DNA of 64,000 nucleotides from assembly GCA_016207605.1 (NCBI GenBank), contig JACQPJ010000016.1, positions 2,452 to 66,451 of the forward strand, in the 5' to 3' direction. Below the pieces are notes generated by a model. The model searched no databases and had not been told where the DNA came from. It was given only the letters and a program-made list of their open reading frames with translations. The translations under genes were made by a program, and so were the position numbers. Positions 29,460-39,045 of this stretch are shown piece after piece (within the stretch, counting starts at the first letter, position 1; every line of letters starts with the position of its first letter). The stretch comes from Elusimicrobiota bacterium (GTDB lineage: Bacteria > Elusimicrobiota > Elusimicrobia > UBA1565 > UBA9628).

Positions 29460-31325
29460 ATGACCCCCGAGGAAGCCCTGCGCCGCCGGTGGGGCTACGG
29501 TTCCTTCCGGCCTCTTCAAAAAGAAGCGGTCGAGGCCGCGCTCTCCGGGCGCGACGCGCTGGTCGTCCTGCCCACGGGCGGGGGCAAAAGCCTTTGCTAT
29601 CAACTGCCGGCGGCCATGGGGCGGGGGCTGGTTCTGGTCGTTTCGCCGCTCATCGCGCTGATGGACGACCAGGTGGCGGCGGCGCGCGAGGCGGGGCTGG
29701 CCGCGGATGCATTGCATTCCAACCTGGAAGCCGACGGCCGCGGCGAGGCTTATCGGCGCTTGGCCGCGGGAACGACCGAGCTTCTGTACGTGAGCCCGGA
29801 GCGGCTTCTGGTGGGGGATCTTTTGGAGGACGTTGCCGCGCGGCTTATTTTGATTGCGGTCGACGAGGCGCACTGCGTCTCCCATTGGGGCCACGAGTTC
29901 CGGCCCGAGTACCGCCGCCTGGCCGAGGTCCTGGAGCGCTTCCCCAAGGCGGCGCGCATGGCGCTGACCGCCACGGCCACGCCCGTCGTCCAAGACGACA
30001 TCCGCGCCCAGCTCGCCCTGCGCGAGCCTCTGCGCCTGGTCGGTCATCCCGACCGCGCCAACCTGATCTACCGCGCCTTCCCGCGCCGGGACCAGTCGGG
30101 ACAGGTTTTAGATGTCGTGCGCCGCCATCCCGGCGAGGGCGGAATCGTGTACGCGCAGACGCGCAAGGACGTCGACCGCCTGGCCGCGGGATTAAGAAAG
30201 GCCGGGGTTTCCTGCGCGGCCTACCACGCCGGCCTGCCCGCCGAGCAGAGGCGGCGCGCCCAGGACGACTTCGTCAACGAGCGGCTCGACGTGGTCGCGG
30301 CGACGATCGCCTTCGGCATGGGCATCGACCGCTCCAACGTCCGCTACGTGGTGCACGCCAACACGCCGCGCTCGGTCGAGCACTACCAGCAGGAGTCGGG
30401 CCGCGCGGGCCGCGACGGCCTGCCGGCGGAGTGCGTGCTGCTTTTCTCGGCGTCCGACCTCGTCCTGCACCGATGGCTGGCGCAGAAGGACGGGGCGCTG
30501 GCGCCCGAGCGCCGGCGCGCGCTTGAGCGCCAGCTCCGGGAGATCGGCCGCTACGCCGCGGCCCCGGTCTGCCGGCATCGCCTGCTCGTCGAGCACTTCG
30601 GCGCGGCGTACGCGGCGGGCGGCGAGGGCTGCGCCGCCTGCGACGTCTGCCTGGGCGAGACGAAGAGCCTCTCCGACGACGAGGCCCTGCTCGCGGCCAA
30701 AAAAGTCCTCAGCGCGGCCTGGCGGACGGAGGGCCGCTTCGGCGCGGGCTACGTCGTCGATCTTCTCGTGGGCCGCGCCGACGAGCGCATGCGCCGCAAC
30801 GACCACGACGCGCTCAAGGTCTTCGGGATCCTCAAGGACGCCGGCCAGGCGACGGCGCGCTCCTGGATCGACCAGCTCATCGTGCAGGGTTTTTTAGAGA
30901 CGGCCGAGAGCGGGGACTATCCTCTCCTGCGCATCACCCAGGCCGGCAAGGAGCTCTGCGGCGGTCAAGGGACGGTGCGGCTGGGAGTGCCGGCCGTGCC
31001 GCGCGACCGCGCGCGCGCGAAGACGAAATCCCGTTCCGCCGCCGGCCGGGGGCCGTCCGGCGCGCCGGCCGACGAGGAGCTCTTCGAGCGTCTGCGCCGC
31101 CTGCGGCGGCTGATCGCCCAGAAGCAGGGCGTGCCGCCCTACGTGGTCTTCCACGACAGCGCCCTGCTCGAGATGGCCGCGCTCAAGCCGGGCACGCTCG
31201 ACGCCCTGGGAGGCGTCAAGGGCGTGGGCGAGCGCAAGCTCGCGCGCTACGGCGCGGCTTTCCTCAAGGCGATCGCGGGCGGGAGCCCGGAGGCCGCCGC
31301 GGCGTCCCCGGCCGCTCCATCATAG
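29460..31325 (+). CDS. recQ: ATP-dependent DNA helicase RecQ.
   Basis: Helicase motifs (PTGGGKS, DEAH), RecQ zinc-binding region, C-terminal HRDC. Confidence 0.85.
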   Translation: MTPEEALRRRWGYGSFRPLQKEAVEAALSGRDALVVLPTGGGKSLCYQLPAAMGRGLVLVVSPLIALMDDQVAAAREAGLAADALHSNLEADGRGEAYRRLAAGTTELLYVSPERLLVGDLLEDVAARLILIAVDEAHCVSHWGHEFRPEYRRLAEVLERFPKAARMALTATATPVVQDDIRAQLALREPLRLVGHPDRANLIYRAFPRRDQSGQVLDVVRRHPGEGGIVYAQTRKDVDRLAAGLRKAGVSCAAYHAGLPAEQRRRAQDDFVNERLDVVAATIAFGMGIDRSNVRYVVHANTPRSVEHYQQESGRAGRDGLPAECVLLFSASDLVLHRWLAQKDGALAPERRRALERQLREIGRYAAAPVCRHRLLVEHFGAAYAAGGEGCAACDVCLGETKSLSDDEALLAAKKVLSAAWRTEGRFGAGYVVDLLVGRADERMRRNDHDALKVFGILKDAGQATARSWIDQLIVQGFLETAESGDYPLLRITQAGKELCGGQGTVRLGVPAVPRDRARAKTKSRSAAGRGPSGAPADEELFERLRRLRRLIAQKQGVPPYVVFHDSALLEMAALKPGTLDALGGVKGVGERKLARYGAAFLKAIAGGSPEAAAASPAAPS

Positions 31326-31952
31326 CGGCGGCCTCGGCCGGAAGCGGGCGCCCAGGGACGCGGCGAGGCGCTCCACGGCCTCCAGGTCCACGCCGGGCTG
31401 GTCCACGGCCGTCACCGTCGTCTCCAGGCCGTGGAGGACGCAGGCGGCGGTGAAGTCCAGGACGGCCCGGAACCCAGCCGCGGCGTAGCGGCGCCGAGGC
31501 GCGTGCAGGCGGATCCACTGCGCCGGGTCGGCCGTGTTGAGGCTGACGGAGACCGCGTCAAGCGCGTCCGCCAGCTCGGGGACGATGTCCCTCTCCCAGA
31601 GGAGGCTGCCCAGCCCGATGGTGTTGAGGCGCAGGCGCAGGTCCGGCGCGCAGCGCCGGGCGCGCCGGCTGACGCCCAGGACGGCGTCCAGGCGGTACGT
31701 GCATTCTCCATAGCCGCAGAACACGAGCTCGCGCGAGGCCGTCTCCTCCAGCCGGCCTCGCGCGGCGTCCCAGGCTTCGGCGGCGGAGGGCTCCTCGCGG
31801 CCCAGCTTCAGATCGCGGCCGCGAAAGTCCCACCGCCACGCGCGCTTGACGCAGAAGCGGCAGGCGACCGGACAGCGGTTGGTGAGGTTGAGGTAGACCG
31901 CCCCGGCGTGAACGTAGGCGATCGCTCCCTGATCCCGCATGAACCGGAACAT
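31320..31952 (-). CDS. Radical SAM domain protein.
   Basis: CPVACRFC (CxxxCxxC) motif near the N-terminus; start chosen at MFRFM. Confidence 0.5.
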   Translation of the reverse strand: MFRFMRDQGAIAYVHAGAVYLNLTNRCPVACRFCVKRAWRWDFRGRDLKLGREEPSAAEAWDAARGRLEETASRELVFCGYGECTYRLDAVLGVSRRARRCAPDLRLRLNTIGLGSLLWERDIVPELADALDAVSVSLNTADPAQWIRLHAPRRRYAAAGFRAVLDFTAACVLHGLETTVTAVDQPGVDLEAVERLAASLGARFRPRPPL

Positions 31953-32304
31953 GGCGCAACGATCCGGCCCGTCGTTGGCAGATTCGTTGCCGTACCTGGG
32001 GGCCATCGAGCGGCGAGGCCGCGCGGCGCGCTTGCTCGGCGTCGCGCGCTGGGACCGCGCCGACGGCGAGGACCGGGCGCGGCTGGCGGTCACGGTCCGC
32101 GACGGATGGCACGGCCGCGGGATCGGCTCATTTCTGATCCGGATGCTGGCGCGTCATGCGCGGCGGCAGGGGCTGGCGGGCCTGCGCGCGGAGTACGGCG
32201 CGGGCAACTCCGGAATGGAGGCCGCGGCTCGCGCGGCCGGCGGCCGCACGCGCCCCATCGGCCGCGGGTGGCGCGAGGCGGCTTGGGAGCTGTCCCGGGG
32301 CTAA
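31939..32304 (+). pseudogene. GNAT acetyltransferase C-terminal half, probably truncated.
   Basis: Motif A (HGRGIGSFLIRML) present but too little N-terminal sequence; 5' end abuts or overlaps the radical SAM gene on the opposite strand. Confidence 0.35.
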
Positions 32305-32313
32305 GGAGCCGCG

Positions 32314-33531
32314 TCAGCGCTTCCGGCGGGGCTTGCGGGCGGGGGCCGGCGAGACGCCGGCGGCGATCTCGGGCGGCAGGTCGCCGGCCTCGATCTGCGG
32401 TCCGGCGGCCATGATGAGGGCGCGCTCGACGGCGTGCTCGAGCTCGCGCACGTTGCCGGGCCAGGCGTAGGCGCCGAGGGCCCTGACCGCGTCCGGGGAG
32501 AACTGGGAGCCCGGCGAGCCCGTCCGCACGCGGGCCTTCTTGAGGAAGGACTCGGCCAGCGGAAGCACGTCCTCGATCCGCTCGCGCAGGGGGGGGATCT
32601 CGATGGGGAACACCTTGAGGCGGTAGTAGAGGTCCTCCCGGAACTTGCCCTCGGCCACGAGCTTGCGCAGGTCCCGGTTGGAGGCGGCGACCACGCGCGC
32701 CGAGACCTTGATGGGGTGGTTGTCGCCGACGCGGCGGATCTCTCCCTCCTGCAGCGCGCGCAGGAGCTTGACCTGCAGGCCCGGCGTCGTCTCGGTCACC
32801 TCGTCGAGGAAGAGGGTGCCGCCGGAGGCCTCCTCGAAGAGGCCGCGCTTGTTGCGGTCGGCGCCCGTGAAGGAGCCCTTGACGTGTCCGAAGAGTTCGC
32901 TTTCCAGCAGGCCCTCGGGCAGGGCGCCGCAGTTGAGGGCGACGAAGGAGCCGTCGCGCCGGGGGGAGTTCTCGTGGATGGCGCGGGCGACGAGCTCCTT
33001 GCCCGTGCCGGACTCGCCGGTCACGAGCACGGTGGCGTCCGTCGCCGCGACCTTGGCCACCAGCGCGAGGACGCGGCGCATGGCCGCGCTGGCCGAGACG
33101 ATGCGGGAGAACCCCAGCCCTTCCTTCAGCTCGGCGCGCAGGCGCCGGACCTCGCCCAGCAAGTCCCGGTGCTCGATGGACTTGCGCAGGGCCAGGGCCA
33201 GCTCCTCGGGCTCCACCGGCTTGGTCAGGTAGTCGAAGGCGCCGGCCTTCATCGCGGCGACCGCGGTGTCGATGGAGCCGTGCCCGGTGATGACGATCAC
33301 CCCGGTCTCGGGCTGGCTGGCGCGCGCCGCGGCCAGCACCTGCAGGCCGTCGCCGGCGCCCAGGCGCAGGTCGGTGACGACCGCGTCGAAGATCTCCTTT
33401 TCCACGCGCGCGGCCGCGGCCGCGGCCCGCGTCTCCGACTCGACCAGGAAGCCGCGCCGCTTCAGCTCGAGGGAGAACAGCGCCGCCTGCGCGGGGTCGT
33501 CTTCGACCAGCAGGATCCGCTTTTCATCCAT
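32314..33531 (-). CDS. Sigma-54-dependent response regulator (receiver plus AAA+ sigma-54 activation domain), apparently lacking the C-terminal DNA-binding HTH.
   Basis: Receiver Asp pocket, GESGTGKE Walker A, GAFTGA-like (GSFTGA) motif, ESELFGH; ORF ends about 30 aa after the AAA domain. Confidence 0.8.
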   Translation of the reverse strand: MDEKRILLVEDDPAQAALFSLELKRRGFLVESETRAAAAAARVEKEIFDAVVTDLRLGAGDGLQVLAAARASQPETGVIVITGHGSIDTAVAAMKAGAFDYLTKPVEPEELALALRKSIEHRDLLGEVRRLRAELKEGLGFSRIVSASAAMRRVLALVAKVAATDATVLVTGESGTGKELVARAIHENSPRRDGSFVALNCGALPEGLLESELFGHVKGSFTGADRNKRGLFEEASGGTLFLDEVTETTPGLQVKLLRALQEGEIRRVGDNHPIKVSARVVAASNRDLRKLVAEGKFREDLYYRLKVFPIEIPPLRERIEDVLPLAESFLKKARVRTGSPGSQFSPDAVRALGAYAWPGNVRELEHAVERALIMAAGPQIEAGDLPPEIAAGVSPAPARKPRRKR

Positions 33532-33537
33532 GAAGGC

Positions 33538-34629
33538 TCACCCGGGGGCCGTCGGCAGCAGCAGGGTGAAGGCGGCGCCGCGGCCCGGCTCGCTCTCCAG
33601 TTCGATGCGCCCGCCGTGCGCGCGCGCGATGCGCTCGGCGATGGCCAGGCCCAGGCCGGTGCCGTGCGACTTGGTCGTCTTGAAGGGCTGGAAGATCTCC
33701 TCGCGCGCGGCGGCCGGCACGCCCGGCCCGTCATCCTGGACGCGAAGGAACGCGAAGCCCTCCCGGCGCCCGGTTGCGATGCGCACCAGGCCGCGTCCCT
33801 CGACGGCCTGCGCCGCGTTGAGGGCGATGTTCCAGGCGACCTGGCGAATCTGGTCCGGGTCGAAGCGGAAGGGCTCCAGCTCCGCGTCGAAGGCGGTCTC
33901 CAGCCGGGGCCGCGCGCCGCTGCCGGCGGCCAGGATGCGCGCGATCTCCCCCGCCAGGGCGTTGAGGTCGGCGCGCTCGAGCTTGAGGGGGCGCGGCCTG
34001 GCGTAGGCCAGGAAGTTGGTCAGGGTCTCGTTGAGGCGCGAGCTCTCGTCGCGGAGGATCTTGAGGACCAGGGCGCGGTCTTCCTCCGTCAGGGTTTCTC
34101 CGGCGAGCTGGCGCGCGGCCATGACGATGGAGCCGAGCGGGTTGCGGATTTCGTGCGCGACCACGGCCGCCATCTGGCCGAGTTGGGCCAGCGCCTCGGA
34201 CTGCGCGACGCGCTCCTGGAGCCGGCGCAGCTCGCCGACGTCGACCGCGTTGGAGATGTAGCCGACGATCTCGCCGCGTTCGTCGCGCACGGCCGTGATC
34301 GTGAGGACGATCGGGATTTCCCGCCCGTCCTTGGCGCGGTTGACCAGCTCGCCGCGCCAGAAGCCGACGGCGGGGTCGAGAATCCGCCGCCACATCCCCG
34401 CGTAGATCTCGGGGGTGGTGTGGCGCGAGCGCAGGATGCGCGGGTTGCGTCCCACGGCCTCGGCGCGGGTCCAGCCGTAGTGGCGCGTGAACGCCTCGTT
34501 GACGTCCAGGATCGTTCCCTCGCGATCGCAAAAAAACATGACGTCGTTGGAGTTCTTGAAGGCCTGGTAAAGCGTGAGAGCCAGCTTGTGCTCGCCGCTG
34601 CCGGGGCCGGGTTCTCGCGTTCTGGTCAT
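33538..34629 (-). CDS. PAS-domain sensor histidine kinase (NtrB-like), cytoplasmic.
   Basis: PAS region, H-box VAHEIRNPL, HATPase_c; 6-nt gap to the downstream response regulator. Confidence 0.75.
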   Translation of the reverse strand: MTRTREPGPGSGEHKLALTLYQAFKNSNDVMFFCDREGTILDVNEAFTRHYGWTRAEAVGRNPRILRSRHTTPEIYAGMWRRILDPAVGFWRGELVNRAKDGREIPIVLTITAVRDERGEIVGYISNAVDVGELRRLQERVAQSEALAQLGQMAAVVAHEIRNPLGSIVMAARQLAGETLTEEDRALVLKILRDESSRLNETLTNFLAYARPRPLKLERADLNALAGEIARILAAGSGARPRLETAFDAELEPFRFDPDQIRQVAWNIALNAAQAVEGRGLVRIATGRREGFAFLRVQDDGPGVPAAAREEIFQPFKTTKSHGTGLGLAIAERIARAHGGRIELESEPGRGAAFTLLLPTAPG

Positions 34630-34710
34630 ATTGTTGCTATAGTATCTTGGGTAAAGGCTTGGAAGCGCCGAGAGGATACTAGCGTTTCCGGAGGCCTCCG
34701 GCCACATCCC

Positions 34711-35790
34711 ATGGAACAGAAGCTTGGCTTGCGCGTGGAGCAGAGGCTGGCGATCCTGGGCCGCCTGCGCATGGCGGACTGGATCGAGATGCCCGAGAGC
34801 GAGTTCGCCCGGCAGGTCCGGCGCGTGGAGAAGGACCCGCTTTTTCGCAAGCTCTATTTCGGCGCGCCGGACCTGCCGCCCGCCATACGCCGCCAGCGCT
34901 GGCCGGGGGGCCGCCTGGCCTCGAGCTTCTACGCGGTGGACGAGGGCCGCGTCTCCGCCGGCGAGCGGGTGGACGTCGAGGGGACGCTGGACGCCCGCAG
35001 GGAGCTGCTCGCGGTCATCCGCCGCATGGGCCGTCCCGCTTTCGAACGGTACTTCCTCAACGCCGAGGAGGCCGTCTCTCTGCCCGAGATCGCCCGGCGC
35101 ACCGGCCTGAGCGATGAGGAGGCGCGCGGCGTCAACGACCTTCTGCTGGAGATCGGAGCCCAAGCCGAGTTCGCCGGCGCCCCCAAGACCGCCCCGGCCG
35201 TTCCCGGCGTGGCCTGCCTGGCGCGCCTGGTCCGCGAGGGGGACAAGATCGCCTTTGAGTTCGAGGCGCCCTACTGGGCGCGCGGGCGCTATCAACTGCG
35301 CTACGACGACCTGGAGACATGGAAGGCGTCGGGCCGGCTTACCGGGGGAGAACGCCGCCGCCTGCGCCACCTGCTCAAGCGCCTGGAGACCTTGAACCTG
35401 CGCCAAAGCGCGATCTTCCGCATCCTGGAGTCCTTTGGGACGATCCAGGCGGACTATCTGCGCACGCGCCGTCCGCAGGACCTGCGCCCGGTCAGCCTGC
35501 GCCTGCTGGCGCGGCGCCTCCAACTGTCCCCGAGCACCGTCAGCCGCGCCTTGTCGCACCGCGCCGTGGCCCTGCCCTGGGGAACGCGGGTCCCGATGAT
35601 CGCCCTCGTCCCCGGCCAGCGCCGCGTGCTCAAGGAGGTCCTCTCCCGCTGGCTTCGGGCGGCTCCCTCCGCCACCGACGCCGAGTTCACTCGGCGCTTC
35701 AAGACGGAGCGCGGCATCAGCGTGTCCCGACGCACCGTCAACGCGGTGCGCCACGCCCTGCTCGATCAGCCGGGGTCCGACGATGAATGA
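34711..35790 (+). CDS. rpoN: RNA polymerase sigma-54 factor, unusually short (359 aa).
   Basis: Region I (LGLRVEQRLAILGRL...), C-terminal HTH (LSPSTVSRAL) and RpoN-box-like GISVSRRTVNAVRHAL. Confidence 0.65.
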   Translation: MEQKLGLRVEQRLAILGRLRMADWIEMPESEFARQVRRVEKDPLFRKLYFGAPDLPPAIRRQRWPGGRLASSFYAVDEGRVSAGERVDVEGTLDARRELLAVIRRMGRPAFERYFLNAEEAVSLPEIARRTGLSDEEARGVNDLLLEIGAQAEFAGAPKTAPAVPGVACLARLVREGDKIAFEFEAPYWARGRYQLRYDDLETWKASGRLTGGERRRLRHLLKRLETLNLRQSAIFRILESFGTIQADYLRTRRPQDLRPVSLRLLARRLQLSPSTVSRALSHRAVALPWGTRVPMIALVPGQRRVLKEVLSRWLRAAPSATDAEFTRRFKTERGISVSRRTVNAVRHALLDQPGSDDE

Positions 35791-36223
35791 GCCGCGGGGC
35801 GCGGGGATCCGCACGGCGGCGGACTTGATGCGCCCCCTGGCCGTCGTTTTGCGGGAGGACGAGGACGCCTGGGGCGCGGCGCGGCGCCTCTTCGAGGCGG
35901 GCCAGACCGGAGCCCCGGTGCTGGGCGCCGACGGTCGCCTGGCCGGCGTCCTTTCCCAGTCCGACGTCGCCGCCTACCTGCGCGACTGCACGCGCCGCGC
36001 CCAGGACTTCTACGCCGAGCCCGAGCACGATCCCATCGCCGCGCGCCCTTGCGCGACCGTCGGCCAGCTCATGTCCCGCGTCCTCGTCCAGGTGGAGGAG
36101 GACCTCCCGCTCGACGAGGTCGAGCGCCACATGCTCCGCCGCCGCGTCCAGCGCGTCCTGGTGGTGCGCGACGGCCAAGCCCTCGGCGCCATCGCCGCCA
36201 TCGACCTCCTGCGCGTGCGGTAG
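35783..36223 (+). CDS. CBS-domain pair protein.
   Basis: Two CBS-like repeats; start overlaps the rpoN stop. Confidence 0.6.
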   Translation: MNEPRGAGIRTAADLMRPLAVVLREDEDAWGAARRLFEAGQTGAPVLGADGRLAGVLSQSDVAAYLRDCTRRAQDFYAEPEHDPIAARPCATVGQLMSRVLVQVEEDLPLDEVERHMLRRRVQRVLVVRDGQALGAIAAIDLLRVR

Positions 36224-36243
36224 AGGCGCCCCCGCGCGGGCGC

Positions 36244-36362
36244 GCCGCCGTCGGCCTTCCCCCGTCGAGGACGCGGCGGATCGACCGCCGCTCGGGTTCC
36301 GGCGCGGCCGCGGGCCATCGCCGCGCCTCCACACGCCTCGCCGGGGGAAGGCCGACGGCGGC
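36244..36362. other. Structured element: a 21-bp perfect long-range inverted repeat (36244-36264 pairing with 36342-36362) enclosing 77 nt that hold two further hairpins (36273-36291 and 36301-36327).
   Basis: Read from the sequence; located between the convergent CBS gene (+) and nrdJ (-). Confidence 0.45.
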
Positions 36363-36391
36363 CTACCAGGACGCAGGCGGGCACCGCCCCC

Positions 36392-38911
36392 TTAAGCGCA
36401 GTTCGAGTAGCCGCAGTCGTGGCAGGTCGGCCCCGAGCAGCCCGATTCGAAGGAGACGTTGGAGGAATAGCACGCGGGACAGTGCTCCAGCGTCGGGCGC
36501 GGAGCCGCCGCCGCCGCGGGGAGGGCGCCGCCGGACCCCTCCGGGGTCCAGCCGGTTTTTTTCAGGTGCGCGCGCAGGGCGATGGCGATGGCATGCGGGA
36601 TGGAATCCACGCGCGAGGCGCCCAGGCCGATGGGGCGGTCGCCCTTGATGGAGTTGAGGTGCTTGAGCAGCGCGAGCGGGCTGCCGCCTTGGGCCAGGTA
36701 TTTCGAGATGAGGATGCCGACCAGCGAGGCCAGCCCCGAGATCTCGGTGCCCAGCGGAGGGATGTTGGCGAAGAGCTGGAGAGGCCCGAGCTCGTCATAG
36801 TTGACGTGGAGGTGCAGGGGGCCGTAGCCGGTGCGGATGAGATAGTACTCCGAGGCCAGGCCGAAAGCGCTCTCCGGGACGCGGCGCCGGGCCTTGGACG
36901 GGGTCGGCGCCAGGCTCAAGACCTGCTGGGCCTTGGAGCCGTCGCGGTAGATCGTGATCCCCTTGCAGCCGAGCTCGTAGGCCATCTGGTAGGCGCGGCG
37001 CACGTCCTCGACGGAGGCGCCGGCGGGCATGTTGACGGTCTTGGAGACTCCGTTGTCGGTGTGGCGCTGGAACGCGGCCTGCATGCCCACGTGGGCCTCG
37101 GGGGAGACGTCGTGGGCGGTCGCGAAGACGCGCTGGATCTGCTCCGGGATCGCGCCGAGGCCGCGCACGGAGCCGTGGTTGTCGGCGACGCGCCGCCAGA
37201 GCGTCTTTTCCCCGAGCCCGAACCAGTCCTGACGCTCCGCGGCCTGGCGCAGGAGCGGGTTGACCTCGAAGAAGACGTCCTGCTCAGCGGCCTCCCGGCC
37301 CTGCTTGGCGGCCTCGAGCGCCTTGGCGTTGCGGCGGACGTAGGCGGCCGCGAAGAAGGGCTCGATGCCTCCGCCCTGGAGGCCGGCCGCGATGGCGATC
37401 GTCCCGGTCGGGGCGATGGTGGTGCGGGCGCAGTGGCGCGGGTGGCGCTCCTCGCCGCGGAAATGCGTCGAGGCGGGGTCGTAGATCGAGTCCGTCCAGT
37501 TGGGGAACACCCCGCGCTCCTTGGCCAGGGTCTCGGAGGCCTCCAGCGCCGCCCCATTGACGGCCGACATCACCTGGTCGGCCGCGGCCAGCGCCTCGGG
37601 AGAGTCGTAGGGCAGGCCCAGCTTGACCAGGGCCTCGGCCCAGCCCATCACGCCCAGCCCGATGCGCCGGTTGCCCTTGGCCAGGGCCTCGATCTCCGGC
37701 AGGGGGTAGTTGTTGACCTCGATGACGTCGTCGAGGAAGCGCACGGCGAGGGTCACGGCTTCCTTGAGGCGCGGGAAGTCGAAGCGGCCGGCCAAGGGCT
37801 CGCCGGCGACGAAATGGGACAGGTTCAGGGAGCCCAGGTTGCAGGCCTCCCAGGGCAGCAGCGGCTGCTCCCCGCAGGGGTTGGTGCTCTCGATGCGCCC
37901 CAGCGCCGGGGTGGGGTTGGACCCGGACTCGTTGATGCGGTCGAGGACCACGTAGCCCGGATCGCCGGTCCTCCAGGCGGACTCGCACATCGCGTCGAAG
38001 ACTTCCTTGGCGCGGGCCTTGCCCGCGGGCTCGCCGGTGCGGGGATTGACCAGGTCGTACTCGGCGTCGGCCAAGGCCGCCTTCATGAACGCGGCGTCCA
38101 CGCCCACGGAGATGTTGAAGTTCTCCAGGACGCCGGGCTTCTGCTTCATGCGGATGAAGTCCATGATCTCGGGATGATCGCAGCGCAGGATGGCCATGTT
38201 GGCGCCCCGCCGCGTGCCGCCCTGCTTGACCACGTCCGTCATCGTGTCGAAAAGGCGCATGAAGGAGAGCGCGCCCGAGGCGAGCCCCTGGGTCTGCATC
38301 ACCGCGTCGCCCGCGGGCCGCAGGCGGGAGAAGGAGAAGCCGGTCCCGCCCCCCGATTTCTGGATCAAGGACTGGGCGGCCAGGGCCGCCACGATGCCCT
38401 CCATCGAGTCGGGGACCGGAAGGACGTAGCAGGCCGAAAGTTGCTGGAGGTCGCGGCCGGCGTTCATCAGGGTGGGGGAATTGGGCAGGAAATCCCAGCG
38501 CCCCATCAGCGCCTGGAAGCGCTCGGCCCATTCCTCGCGCCGCCGCCGGGCCTCCGGGATCGCGGCGCAGACTCCCTCCAGATTGGCCATGAGCCGCCGG
38601 AAGTTTGCTTGGCGCGCTTCCAGGCTCCGGCCGCCGGCGTGATAGAGGAGGACGCGGGAGGACGGCGCGGGGCCCGCCGCGGGCACGGGAGCGACGCGGC
38701 GCTCCACGCCCTCGAAGACGCCCCAAGACTCGGCTTCTGGCGCGACAAGGACCTCGGCCAGCGCGATATTGTCGGCCACGCCCTTGAGCCAGGACTCCAC
38801 GGAGGGGGCGTCCCGGAGGTACTTGTCCTTGATGACTTTTCGTTGATTCTCGGAAAGACGGATTTCCGAGGCGGCCGCCGCGCGGGTTCCCGACGTCTTG
38901 TGATGGGTCAT
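36392..38911 (-). CDS. nrdJ: Class II (adenosylcobalamin-dependent) ribonucleotide reductase.
   Basis: N-terminal LSENQRKVIKDKYL, 839 aa, C-terminal Cys-rich zinc-ribbon tail typical of NrdJ. Confidence 0.85.
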   Translation of the reverse strand: MTHHKTSGTRAAAASEIRLSENQRKVIKDKYLRDAPSVESWLKGVADNIALAEVLVAPEAESWGVFEGVERRVAPVPAAGPAPSSRVLLYHAGGRSLEARQANFRRLMANLEGVCAAIPEARRRREEWAERFQALMGRWDFLPNSPTLMNAGRDLQQLSACYVLPVPDSMEGIVAALAAQSLIQKSGGGTGFSFSRLRPAGDAVMQTQGLASGALSFMRLFDTMTDVVKQGGTRRGANMAILRCDHPEIMDFIRMKQKPGVLENFNISVGVDAAFMKAALADAEYDLVNPRTGEPAGKARAKEVFDAMCESAWRTGDPGYVVLDRINESGSNPTPALGRIESTNPCGEQPLLPWEACNLGSLNLSHFVAGEPLAGRFDFPRLKEAVTLAVRFLDDVIEVNNYPLPEIEALAKGNRRIGLGVMGWAEALVKLGLPYDSPEALAAADQVMSAVNGAALEASETLAKERGVFPNWTDSIYDPASTHFRGEERHPRHCARTTIAPTGTIAIAAGLQGGGIEPFFAAAYVRRNAKALEAAKQGREAAEQDVFFEVNPLLRQAAERQDWFGLGEKTLWRRVADNHGSVRGLGAIPEQIQRVFATAHDVSPEAHVGMQAAFQRHTDNGVSKTVNMPAGASVEDVRRAYQMAYELGCKGITIYRDGSKAQQVLSLAPTPSKARRRVPESAFGLASEYYLIRTGYGPLHLHVNYDELGPLQLFANIPPLGTEISGLASLVGILISKYLAQGGSPLALLKHLNSIKGDRPIGLGASRVDSIPHAIAIALRAHLKKTGWTPEGSGGALPAAAAAPRPTLEHCPACYSSNVSFESGCSGPTCHDCGYSNCA

Positions 38912-39045
38912 AGTATCCCCTAGAACGAGGGCAGGGCGGCCGCCGTGACCGCCCTGCTTTCCTCCCTCCCCGGGAGGGTCCTGCGCTCAAGATCATCGCA
39001 ACGGAACGGCCGCGCGAAAGGCCAGGCCGTCCCGGGCGGCGTTGG

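Noticed and set aside
32434-35790. 1118-aa + strand ORF.
   Set aside because: It is antisense to the NtrC-like and PAS-kinase genes for most of its length, with low-complexity translation, and only becomes a real gene (rpoN) from 34711.
36419-38923. 834-aa + strand ORF opposite nrdJ, and many other long antisense ORFs (for example 1769-3529, 11218-12420, 12189-13571, 13719-15406, 39594-40922, 42084-43589, 46454-47767, 47688-48863, 50185-51204, 54339-56718).
   Set aside because: These are high-GC antisense frames with Arg/Gly/Ala/Pro-rich low-complexity translations and no motifs, and each lies opposite a well-supported gene.
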